Positions 26,230-38,104 of a stretch of DNA of 64,000 nt are shown here, one piece after another; position 1 is the stretch's first letter, and every line of letters starts with the position of its first letter. The position numbers and the translations under genes are program-made. Source of the DNA: Octopus sinensis (Eukaryota). Location of the stretch: contig NW_021834002.1 of the NCBI RefSeq assembly GCF_006345805.1, forward strand, positions 13,862 to 77,861, written 5' to 3'. The notes under the pieces were generated by a model that was not told the origin of the DNA, did no database searches, and saw only the letters and a program-made list of their open reading frames with translations.

Positions 26230-26766
26230 GGAGGCACCTGGCCTAGTGGTTAGAGCAGCGGACTCGCAGTCGAGGGATCGCGGGTTCGAATCTCAGAACG
26301 AGCGATGTGTGTGTTTATGAGCGAAACACCTAAGCTCCACGCGGCTCCGGCAGAAGGTAATGGCGAACTTCTGCTGACTCTTTCGCTACAACTTTCTCTC
26401 ACTCTTTCCTCCTGAATCTTGCAGCTCACCTGCAACGGACCGGTGTCCCGTCCAGGTGGGGAACCTATACGCCAAGGAAACCGGGAAACCGGCCCTTTTG
26501 AACCAGGCATTGCTCAAGAAGAAGGAAGATGTGTGTGTTTATGAGCAAAACATCCAAGCCCCACGTGGTTCCGACAGGAGGTAATGGCGAACTTCTGCTG
26601 ACTCTTTCGCCACAACTTTCTCTCACTCTTTCCTCCTGCATCTTGCAGCTCACCTTGCGACGGGCCGGCGTCCCATCGAGGTTGGGAACCTATACGCCAA
26701 GGAAACCGGGAAACCGGCCCTTATGAGCCAGGCATGGCTCGAGAAGAAACAAACAACAACAACAAC
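26230..26766 (+). mobile_element. Dimeric family C SINE (full copy plus headless copy) inside one TSD
   Basis: TSD aataattgaat at 26216-26226 and 26767-26777; (AAC)n tail. Confidence 0.88.
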
Positions 26767-27559
26767 AATAATTGAATGCTATGAGTTAAAATCACTGTTT
26801 TTTTCCCTAACATTTGTCTATTTATTAGCGAAGTCTCATATAAAATAATTTTTTGTATTAAATCTTGGAATTAAATGGGTTTTTATTTGCAGTCAGGATT
26901 TATTTTTTCAAAACGTTTAAAATTATTCTTTCCTTTTCTGTCAAAACCATTTCATTTGAATATATATATATTTTTTTTCCTATCCCAGTTTTCTATATTT
27001 CATTTTACGTCGATTCTTATTTTTACAACTAAACATTGTATCAAAAAGTTCCTTCTGCTACGAAGTTTATTTTTATCATTTTTATCTAATTCAACCGAGT
27101 TTTATGAAAAAGCTGACATATTCTTCTTTGGGAGTTTGTCCGATATAAAAACAAAATAAAAAAATAAGCACTTGCTTAAATCTGTTGTATATTTTCCAAC
27201 AGAAACCTGTGCGATTGTTGACAAACTGACGACAAGAATTGGTGTTGTCATGGTAACAGGTATTGCTATTGGTGTGATTACATCATTTTTCCAAGTATCG
27301 TTGCTATCATCATCAAGATAGCTGATTATATCCTGGTTTCTAATTAGTCGTTTTAGCTCTTGTTGCAGGTAGAGTGGTTATCTCTTAAATAATCGCTGGC
27401 GAGGTAAAAGCTTCAGTTACTGTTGCGATGAGATAGAGGGAGGAAGGGAAGGAGTGAAGGGGTGAGTAAATGGGGGAGGGGGAAAAGGAGGGAGAGAGGG
27501 AAGGGGGAATAAAAGCGAGAAAGGGTGAGGGAAGGGGGAAAGTAAAGGCTGAGACAGGG

Positions 27560-28435
27560 AATAAGCGAATGTGGGAATGAGCGAATGAGAGAAGGAGCGA
27601 ATGAGGGAATGAATGAGAACGTGGGGCATGGAATGAGTAAATGGAGGAATGAGTGAGAGCTTAAGTCATGGAATGTGTGAATGAGGGAATAAGCGAGAGC
27701 GTAAGTCATGGAATGAGTGAATGAGGGAATGAGTGAGAGCGTAAGTCATGGAATGGGTGAAAGAAGGAATGAGTGAGAGCGTAAGTGGCGCAGTGAGCGA
27801 ATGAGGAAGCGAATGAGTGAGGGCGTAAGTGGCGGAATGAGTGAATGAGGGAATGAGTGAGAGCTTAAGTCATGGAATGAGTGAATGGAGGAATGAGTGA
27901 GAGCGTAAGTCATGGAATGAGTGAACGAAGGAATGAGTGAGAGCGTAAGTGGCGCAGTGAGCGAATGAGGAAGCGAATGAGTGAGGGCGTAAGTGGCGGA
28001 ATGAGTGAATGAGGGAATGAGTGTGAGCTTAAATCATGGAATGAGTGAATGGAGGAATGAGTGAGAGCGTAAGTCATGGAATGAGTGAAAGAAGGAATGA
28101 GTGAGAGCTTAAGTCATGGAATGAGTGAAAGAAGGAATGAGTGAGAGCATAAGTGGTGCAGTGAGCGAATGAGGAAGCGAATGAGTGAGGGCGTAAGTGG
28201 CGGAATGAGTGAATGAGTGAGAGCTTAAGTCATGGAATAAGTGAATGGAGAAATGAGTGAGAGCGTAAGTCATGGAATGAGTGAATGGAGGAATGAGTGA
28301 GAGCGTAAGTCATGGAATGAGTGAATGGAGGAATGAGTGAGAGCTTAAGTCATGGAATGAGTGAATGGAGGAATGAGTGAGAGCGTAAGTCATGGAATGA
28401 GTGAATGAGGGAATGAGTGAGAGTGTAAGTGATAG
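27560..28435. repeat. Purine-rich 40-bp minisatellite with 164/204-bp higher-order units
   Basis: Unit gaatgagtgagagcgtaagtcatggaatgagtgaatggag; a 44-bp variant unit recurs at 27781, 27945 and 28149. Confidence 0.92.
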
Positions 28436-28689
28436 AGTAGATGAATGAGTGGCTTAATAAGGAAGCGAGGGAAAGAAAGAAGAATGGAGTGAATTACTAA
28501 ATGAAGAAGAAAGGAAGGAAGGTGCGTATGTTATCAGTGGTGGCAGTGGTGGTATCGGTGGCAGTAAGATCATTTGAAAAGGGTATCTTTTCTTTTCACT
28601 TGCTATTGGGTCCCTTCACGGCACCACACCAGGATATCTGAACGCTGGTCCCAAAAGACTCTTGCTTGATTCGACTCCAGTACTTCACA

Positions 28690-29060
28690 TTCTTACCTTC
28701 GAGTCTGGGGACTCATAGGGCCGGCTATCCGGTCTCCATGGATATAAATGACTGAGATCACAACGCTTCCCCCCTGAGCAGGACACTAGTCCGTCCCCGG
28801 GTTACCTATTCACAACTAAGAGGACTGGAGCAACAAAACAATGAAGGATTTTCCTAAATCACACGATGCATTGCTTGGTCTGGTCAGGAAATCAAAACCA
28901 TGATGTATGCCCAGCACCTTCATTTGTAGTCGACTAAAATATTTTATCAGGCATTGATAAAATATAACGAAAAGTTAAATTGACCTTGGTAGAGATCGAA
29001 CTCAGAACGTAAAGAGTTACAACAAAAGCATCGTTGACAACTCGGCCAATCCAATGACAA
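28690..29060 (-). mobile_element. Decayed family C and family B SINE remnants
   Basis: Degenerate C 3' domain, then B body (gaactcagaacgtaaag). Confidence 0.6.
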
Positions 29061-29437
29061 TTCGGATCTCTACACTTCACTAACAGCTTGCCTTCATTAT
29101 CTCAGCCTGTCTCCTCGCCCAAGTTTGTGCCGCTAAACAAATAGCTAAACCCGTGCCATAAAACACGTAAAACATGCACACATCTTCACACGCGCTCACA
29201 GGTACACGTATGCATGCTTGTACGTTGGTATGGAAGAAGACGCATAACTTCACGCAAGTGTAATGCCAACAACTATAATTAGGTGTGTAAATGCAATAAC
29301 AATGACTCCATCTTAGCTATAGAAGGGAAGAAGCGTGCTCGAAAGATATATGGTACCTTTTATTGAATACACGTCACAATAGATATAATGTTTACATATG
29401 TATGTACATTTAAATATATATATATATATTCATATAT

Positions 29438-29483
<46 letters not shown>

Positions 29484-29666
29484 CATATATACATACATAC
29501 ATACATACATGTATATATATACATAAATACATATATGTATATTTATACAATAATATATGTATATACATTGCCACATATATTCAAATTTAAAGAATCTTGT
29601 ATATCAGATACCAAAACGAAGATATAAATACATATGTATATATATATATATATATATAGATATATC

Positions 29667-29710
<44 letters not shown>

Positions 29711-29974
29711 GTGTGTGTGTGTGTTGTGTGTGTGTGTGTGTGTATAAACACACATACATAGTATCTATATATTTGCAAACATACATATATACATACATTG
29801 AAATCGATATAGTTTGTCTATATATATGTATATCCTTACATATATGTGTGTGTGAATATATATATATATATATATACATATATATATACCTATATGTATA
29901 TATACGTATATATATATATATATGTATACGAACACACACATACATATAGATATACATGTATACATGCATATACT

Positions 29975-30014
<40 letters not shown>

Positions 30015-30210
30015 TATATGTATAGGTATGTATATATACATATTCATATATGCATGCATATCATGCACATATGAATATATACATGTATACCTTTTTATAT
30101 GTATGTGTGTATGTATACAAGTATACTTGTATCTTTCGACACAAATGTGATATTACCACAAATAGAACGGGCGTATACAGTATACAGTAGCTATAACATT
30201 TATTGATTTC

Positions 30211-30236
30211 TTTGAATTTTGCTGCTTTAGGTAAGT
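30211..30236 (+). other. Candidate recursive splice site (3'ss immediately followed by 5'ss)
   Basis: tttgaattttgctgctttAG|GTAAGT. Confidence 0.35.
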
Positions 30237-30247
30237 AAGTCATGTGT

Positions 30248-30315
30248 CAGGAAGTTACGCCGGAAATGCTCACCGCACCGGAAGTGTTGACATATTGTAG
30301 GGCAATATGGCTGCG
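30248..30315. promoter_or_regulatory. Cluster of three ETS-type GGAA sites plus a YY1-like motif
   Basis: caggaagt 30248, ccggaaat 30260, ccggaagt 30278, aatatggctgcg 30304, in a locally GC/CpG-richer patch. Confidence 0.35.
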
Positions 30316-30535
30316 GGTTGAAAAATGTCATTTATGTTGCAATAAACTTAGAAAATAATTCAATTAAAACTGTAAATGGAAAAAGTGTTGGATGTGAAAG
30401 AAAACACTGCCATTTTAATCTCCAACAGACTCCTGTATTCAGGTAGTGTGTCAGGAGGAATACAGCGTCTGTGTATGTCATTGAAAAGCTATACTCGTTG
30501 GCATAACATCAAGCATCATGTGTGTGGTGTGTTGT

Positions 30536-30567
<32 letters not shown>

Positions 30568-30708
30568 TAGTATATATATATAATATATATATACACATAG
30601 ATATATGTATATATACACATATAACATATATATATACATGCATATATATATACATATTTATGCGTTGTGTGTATGTATATATGTTTGTGTGTTGCGTTTT
30701 GTATATTC

Positions 30709-30757
<49 letters not shown>

Positions 30758-30775
30758 ATAATATATATATTTATA

Positions 30776-30867
<92 letters not shown>

Positions 30868-31228
30868 GTATGTATGCATGTATGTATATATGCGTGCGTG
30901 TATGTATATATTTATATATGTATATATGCATATATATGTACATATGTATATATATACATTTATTTACATCAAGAGAAACACACACCATTTTCGAGGCTGT
31001 TTGATGACAGAGATGTTTATAAACATGTATTCATATCAATCTATCTATCCATGTATGAGTGTGTGTATGTGTGTATACATTCATACCTATGTACATACAT
31101 ACATACACACATACACACACACATAATGTTTTTCCTTTTCCGTTTACATGTGGCATATTAGGACGGAATAAGTTCTGCACTGGGAGTCTGTTTAATCTAC
31201 TCTTTTTTTTCTCTTCCTTGCACTACGT

Positions 31229-31387
31229 ATGGCTTCTATCCAATATTACAAAACCTTTGTCGAAGCCGACGCGGATACAGACGACGACGACGGCGACAGT
31301 GCATCGCCGCCTACGATGTTGATGATGCGCGTGTTGCTGGCGGTGGTGATGGTGATGATGGTGTTGTTGCTGATATCTGTTTTATAG
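31229..31387 (+). CDS. Candidate 52-aa small ORF with acidic stretch and C-terminal hydrophobic helix
   Basis: MASIQYYKTFVEADADTDDDDGDSASPPTMLMMRVLLAVVMVMMVLLLISVL*; could be a by-product of (GAC)n/(GTG/ATG)n repeats. Confidence 0.2.
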   Translation: MASIQYYKTFVEADADTDDDDGDSASPPTMLMMRVLLAVVMVMMVLLLISVL

Positions 31388-31559
31388 CGTTCTCATTTAA
31401 ACTGACGTTCAAATGAATATTATGAATTTTTGTTCATTTATTTTTTTCCTTCGTCTGAGAAAAACAGAAAATATATTTTCTATGAATAACAAAATAATTT
31501 GTTTATCAACGAATACATATTAACTCTTTCTTTACTCTTTGCTGTAGACATACGCTGCC

Positions 31560-32072
31560 TTTGCTTTAATTAATCTTGAAAAATAATGAAAAATTTAGTA
31601 AAATATCTTTGTTATTAAAATCGCGTTTGTAACAGAAATTAACCTGAAATTTGAGTGAGGGTTTCAATTTAGGTCATTTTAAATTTTTTCTTACCATATT
31701 CCTGTTTAAATACATTTTGCTTCAATTAATTTCGAAAAATAATTTTAAAAATTAGTAAAATAGCTTAGTTATTAAAATCGCTTTTGTAACAGAAATTAAT
31801 TTGAAATTTGAGTGAGGGTTTCAATTTAGACCACTTTAACTATTTTCTTACCATATTCCAGTTGAAATACATTTTGCTTCAATTAATTTCGAAAAATAAT
31901 TAAAAAATTAGTAAAATATCTTAGTTATTAAAATCGCTTTTGTAACAGAAATTAATTTGAAATTTGAGTGAGGGTTTCAATTTAACACTTTTCTTACAGC
32001 ACTCTTGTTTAAATACGCCACCTTTGTTTCAGGGAATTTTGAATCGTAATGGAAAAATTAGTAAAATATCTT
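31560..32072. repeat. ~156-bp AT-rich tandem satellite, ~3.3 copies
   Basis: ttagtaaaata anchors at 31595, 31752, 31908 and 32058. Confidence 0.92.
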
Positions 32073-32269
32073 AATACAGTTCTATATTTAAGAGATGAGG
32101 AATTATGTAAATTATTTACATTTGACGTATATTTGTCCTCATCTTCTTTCTTGTTTGGGTTCGAAATTTCCCCCGAGATACCTGATGAAGGCTGGAGGGT
32201 ATACCAGTCGAAACGTTGTGATAACAACAAACTAGACGAGGACAAATATCCGTCAAATGTAAATAATGT
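32073..32269. mobile_element. Penelope-like repeat family P3 with fold-back structure
   Basis: Starts tacagttctatatttaagagatgagg as at 53241; arm attatttacatttgacg.atatttgtcctc is mirrored at ~32236-32268. Confidence 0.7.
32177..32222 (+). ncRNA. Minimal hammerhead ribozyme motif with canonical core (family P3)
   Basis: GAUAC-CUGAUGA-A-GGCUGG(AGGGUAUA)CCAGUC-GAAAC-GUU^GUGAU. Confidence 0.65.
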
Positions 32270-32438
32270 TCTATTCATGTATAAGTGTGTGTGTGTATGT
32301 GTGTGTATACATTCATACCTATGTACCATAACTATGTACATACATACATACATACACACATAATGCTTTTCCTTGTCCGTTTACATGCGACATATTAGGA
32401 AAGAATAAATTTTGCACTGGGAGTATGTTTAATCTACT

Positions 32439-32498
<60 letters not shown>

Positions 32499-32547
32499 AT
32501 AATATTAGGGAATAAATCCAAACTTACAGGGAAAAATTAGATTTAGG

Positions 32548-32621
<74 letters not shown>

Positions 32622-32624
32622 ATA

Positions 32625-32860
32625 AAACTTAGATAAGACTTAGATATGTTTCGACCAAAGATTGGTCCAGGCCATGTCTAGCTTAATATCACCACCTGAT
32701 AGGATTATCTAAATCCTTAAATCAAGTTTTGTGGTATCATGGTCCATTCACGTAGGGAGTTCTTGTTGAGTGAGATGTATCCAGGTATGGCTGGCTTATC
32801 TGGTATTCCTTGAAGAAATTTGTCCAAACCCCATTTAAAGATGTTGGGATCATCTTCCTC
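32625..32860 (-). mobile_element. 3' end of a CR1/L2-like LINE
   Basis: 32860-32717 translates EEDDPNIFKWGLDKFLQGIPDKPAIPGYISLNKNSLREWTMIPQNLI* (FK..LDKFL..IPD.P..PGY pattern); 3' stem-loop GACCA-UGGUC and tandem atctaagt tail. Confidence 0.75.
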
Positions 32861-33203
32861 ATATATAATATATAAATCGCTTACAATTTCATTTTTTTCA
32901 AATCAAATTCATTCACTACGCGTTAATTAACCAGGGGATATAGTAGAAGACGTGGTACCGCGCATTAGGACCGAACCCGAAACTTTGTTGTTACAAAACG
33001 AGCTTCATAGAAATACATAGAAATATTTGCATCTTCGAAGCCACGTATCATGGGTAATTCTTTTTTGCTCTTTACTTATCTGTGAAGATGAAAAATAAAA
33101 GAAAAATTTTCTATGAACAACCGAATAGATTTGCCAATAATAGTTCTTTAAAAATCGATAAATACCGTTTTTCTACCAGAAAAGAGACGAGGGGCATATA
33201 TAT

Positions 33204-33253
<50 letters not shown>

Positions 33254-33995
33254 GTACAAAACATTAGCACAAATGGGTTATATATCACATATACGATTTA
33301 TCTAATCTAGAACAATTAATTCACAAAGACTGTAAGTTATGGCTAAAACAAAAGAAGTGGCTTACTAGTTATGGGTAAAAATATAAAACGATTCGCAATA
33401 TTGTATATCCGACATTGTATGTAATCCTATTATCGTCCGCCATTACTTCCATGTTTCAGTCTCCAGAGTATTTTTTTTTTGTATGTTTATGGCTTGTTTT
33501 ATGATATTGTTTTCTGTTATGAATATCATGGTATTCTCTCGAAAAGTAGCGATGTTATACATTTTATTGGTGTAGAAAATAAAGAGATGTGACATATATT
33601 AGAATAAAATGAGGCACCCAATTTGTTTTTGTTTTATGTTTTTTTTTTCTATTTATATTCATTTATTTATTTGTGAATTGCATCAAGAAAGAAGAGAATC
33701 TTTTTCTGTTTAAGGAAACTGCAAACACACACAAACACACACACAGACACACACACACACACACACACACGTGCACATACAACACACTGACATAGACACA
33801 TACACGCATACATATATGTATAGAAAGATGAAAATAAATTTATAAATATACACATATATGCATATATATAGGTATATAGACACACACACACACACATGTA
33901 TATATGCATAGATATGTAGATAGATAGATAGATAGATATATAGTAGTAGGATAGATACATTATTATAACATTCAAAATACATACATACAAAACGC

Positions 33996-34039
<44 letters not shown>

Positions 34040-34197
34040 TATATGCATTTATATATACATGTCCCTCTAGTAATATCAATATAGTAGCATAAGTACATAC
34101 ATCTATATATAGATATAAGCATATATAAACTAAAATGCATAAATAGTTCTATATATATACATTTTAGTATATGTATATGTGTCTTTTTTTCTCCGTT

Positions 34198-34352
34198 AGT
34201 GGCTGCGTGGTAAGTAGTTTGCTTACCAACCACATGGTTCTAGGTTCAGTCCCACTGCGTAGCACCTTGGACAGGTGTCTTCTAACATAGCCTCGGCCGA
34301 CCAAGCCTTGTGAGTGGATTTCGTAGACGGTAAACTGAAAGAAACCCGTCGC
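34198..34352 (+). mobile_element. SINE family A, 5' half
   Basis: Head and CORE-like segment followed by (TA)n. Confidence 0.85.
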
Positions 34353-34358
34353 ATATAT

Positions 34359-34433
<75 letters not shown>

Positions 34434-35189
34434 ATAAAACCTCTATGTACATACTTACATCTATACGTATATATATAATCTGCATATGTGGCACAGATGT
34501 CACGAAACGTGTACAATAAAAAAGTACGAAGCACGAGTACATGGAACATTAACAATTCATTCGAACAACGAAAGACATAAAGGAAAAACAAAACAAACAA
34601 CATAAAAAACGACCCCTCATCAGTTGTTGGCTGTTTCTCTAGTCTTGTATTTCGAGCATTTAACAACAATATACGACATATACGACAACAGTTGCTGCCG
34701 TTTGGGATATTGAAAACTTGCTAATACACACAGGACAGTGAAAACAAAGAGGAAGGGCTGCTAAGCCTAAGCGAGGTTGTGGCGGCGAACGCGTAAGTCA
34801 AACTTGGACAGGAGACATAGAAAAACATGTCTTCCTTGTTCTAGTTACAACGGAAAGAAAGAAACACAAGTTAGGAGAAGAAAGATGGCCGATGATCACC
34901 TGGGAGCCTCGTGAGCAAGGGAGGAGGAGTGAGGGAGAGAGAGTGACAGAGTAATAGGATAGAATAGTGGGAGAAGAGGAGGTAAAAGAATAAGAGAGAG
35001 AAAATAGAAAAACAAAAGAGTAAAAAGATCGTATAGCGTGCGCATCAGAATTAAGATAAAACTTACTTGGAAGAGGATGCGTGGCATTCATTCATATAAT
35101 AATATATATATATATATGCATATATACATGCGTATATGTACACACTTACATCTATACGTATATATATATATGCTTATGTGGGCACAGGA

Positions 35190-35395
35190 CCTCACATTTT
35201 TGTGTCTGTGTTTGTTGCCCCAACATCGCTTGACAACCGAAGGTGGTGTGCTTATATCCCCGTAACTTAGCGGTTTGGCAAAAGAGATCGATACGATAAG
35301 TACTAGGCTTACAAAGAATAAGTCCCGGGGTCGATTTGCTCGACTAAAAGCGGTGCTCCAACACGGAAGCAAGTCAAATGACTGAAACAAATGAC
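35190..35395 (+). mobile_element. SINE family A, 3' half
   Basis: caacatcgcttgacaaccga...aaatgactgaaacaa. Confidence 0.85.
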
Positions 35396-35484
35396 AAAGA
35401 ATTTTTAAAAAAGAATATATATATATACATACAAAGATAAATTAAATATCTATATGGCATTCATCTGACGTACCAGTGAATATA

Positions 35485-35517
<33 letters not shown>

Positions 35518-35589
35518 ATATATGTATTGTGTGTATGTATGTGTATTTATTATATATATATATATATATATTATAATAAAACGGAAGCT

Positions 35590-35800
35590 TTATGAAAATA
35601 GACGAAAGACGAAGCCAGGTTTACGGAAATAAACAAAGACGAAGGCAGGTGGAATACAAACAAACAATTGTATTAGTATGGCACTCAGGAAATATAAATA
35701 AAACAAGTCTTAACGTTTTCGAGCCTACGCTCTTCAACAGAAAGATACACAGAGAAAAAAACACAGAAGAAGGGGAGAAAAAAATATATATATATATTTT
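35590..35800 (-). mobile_element. Family P4 repeat with CUGUUGA hammerhead-like motif (35708-35745)
   Basis: Minus: UCUUU-CUGUUGA-A-GAGC(GUAG)GCUC-GAAAAC-GUU-AAGA. Confidence 0.6.
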
Positions 35801-35810
35801 TTCTCTAATA

Positions 35811-35856
<46 letters not shown>

Positions 35857-36282
35857 GTAATATTATGCTAAAGTTACAGGGGAAAATTCAATTTAGAAAT
35901 ACTAAATCAAATTTCACAAAATACAATATATATATGTATATAAATTAGAAACAAATCACCTTTTCTCAATTCAATAATGAAAAAATTAAATGATACCATT
36001 TAGAAAAATTACATCTTATAGAAAGATTAAATGTAAGATAAAACATATACCAATGGTTTAAGTAATGTGCAACATAATAAATAAAACGTATATATTTGGT
36101 AGAATATATATGGTAGAATATATTTGGTAGAATATATATGGGTCAATCTATTTCTTCGTTATGTTTCACTTTCCTTCCGTTAAATGTAATGTTATTTCTA
36201 CTTGGAAACATCTTTTCTGTGGCTATACTAACGGAGCTATTTTTAGCACTAGAGCTATCCACATAGTGGTAACTCTCTAATA

Positions 36283-36335
<53 letters not shown>

Positions 36336-36852
36336 GAGAGAGAGAGAGAGACAGAGAGACAAACAGAGACAGAGACAGACAGTCAGACAAACAGATAGAC
36401 AGAAAGAGAGAGTGAGATTCCACACTGTGTCAGCGAAATTCCTTCATAAAGCAATCGTCAATCCGAAAGAGTTGTGGAAGATACTTTCTTTCATTCCTTC
36501 ATTCCTCTTTTCTTTCTGCTTTTTCTTTCATTTATTCTGTTTCTTCTGTTTCTTTTTTAATCTTTCTGACTTACGATTGCTCAGCTCGGCTGCTTCATAC
36601 AAAAACTCATTCAAATGCATTACATGTGTGTGTGTGTGTGTGTGTATGTGTGTGTGTGTGCCTGTATAATCAAATTATGTGAAAAAGAACGAATACACTT
36701 GTTCTAGATGATAAGAGAAACTGATGTAAAATGTGACTGCAGCAAAGAGTTAAAAACATTAATGACAACGTATCTGTGTCGGTGCATCTACTAGAAAGAG
36801 AACGGCATACGTTTGCATTATACAAACCGCAGATACACATCTCCCCATATAT

Positions 36853-36894
<42 letters not shown>

Positions 36895-37008
36895 TATGTA
36901 TATATATATTATTAGTGGAGGGTGTATATATATGTATAGGTATACATATGGGTAGAATATATATGCATCTATTTGTATATATATAAATGAATGTATGTGT
37001 ATACATAT

Positions 37009-37060
<52 letters not shown>

Positions 37061-37499
37061 AGAGAGAGAGAGAGAGAGAGAGATGTATCTTGATCTATCT
37101 ATATATATATATATATATATGCGTGTGTATATATATATATATACATGTGTGTAGATATGTATGGGTGTATATATGTATGAGTGTATATAGGTATGTATTG
37201 CTTTTCTTTCGTGGAAACAGGTAGTGAGATGTGTATGTTATTTTCTTATATTCTCTTGATTCCACGAGCTATTAAGAATTGAACTGTTATCAGTCTTGGA
37301 TTATTAAAAATTTCTTAATTATGGACAGATTGGAGGATATCCTTCCGCTAATACTGTAGATAAGGTTCTTACACACTACGTGGGAGTGGTTAGATTCTGT
37401 ATTTGTATAACGGAATTTTTTTCGGTTTTTTTTATGGGTCGGGGTGCTTCCCGAAAATTTTGTGTAAGGTAATTCTAAAATATGGTGAAACAGCATTTA

Positions 37500-37775
37500 G
37501 TGAAGGCGCGAGGTTTAGTTGTTAGCGTGTTCGGCTTGAGTCCTTAAGCAAGAAACTTTACTTCACATTGCTCTAGTCCGCTCAACTGGCAGAAATCAGT
37601 GGTACCTGTAATTCAAAAGGCGCATTTTCCCCTTGAGATCTACGTTTAAATATACGTTTAAATGTATGCATGTCTGCGGAGTACTCAGCCACATGCATGT
37701 CAAGTCACGAGCCGGCTGTTCCGTTAATCGGATCAAATGGATCCCTTGTCGTCGTAAAAGACAGATTGTCAGTTA
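37500..37775 (+). mobile_element. Decayed family C SINE
   Basis: Degenerate tRNA head; 3' part matches 9420-9530 (gagtactcagccac...ggatcaaatggatccc). Confidence 0.7.
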
Positions 37776-38104
37776 TATAGTGAAACAGCATTTAGATTAT
37801 TTGCTCTAACGTAGATAAGATTTGGGGATATTTTAATGCCGAAACTGTTCAGAGTAGAGATAATGCTCTTCCTGAATTATCTATGATTTTTCCAGTGCAC
37901 TTTTATAGTTCTAGCTAACCTGTCGAATTTACAGATATTATTTAACACTTTGCCTTCACTGTCAGATATAAACAGAGCAATGTTTTGTCGTACGACTCCG
38001 ATTAGGATTTTTTCATAGAAGCAAAGATCTAGAAAATGCAATGTGACAGTGAGTCGTGATGGTAAAACAGTTTTCATTTTCACACCTTTAGCAATGGTGT
38101 GAAA

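Larger units (their letters stand above)
31044..32441. repeat. ~160-bp diverged direct repeats (31044-31204 and 32270-32441) bounding a 1.4-kb block
   Basis: tctat(c/t)catgtat(g/a)agtgtg...ccgtttacatg..catattagga..gaataa.tt.tgcactgggagt.tgtttaatctactcttt on both sides. Confidence 0.85.

Noticed and set aside
27560-28435. CRISPR array
   Set aside because: No unique spacers, eukaryotic context and no cas genes; it is a minisatellite.
32645-32675. Hammerhead in GACCA-UGGUC-GAAAC
   Set aside because: No core and no GUH; better explained as the 3' stem-loop of the CR1/L2-like LINE.
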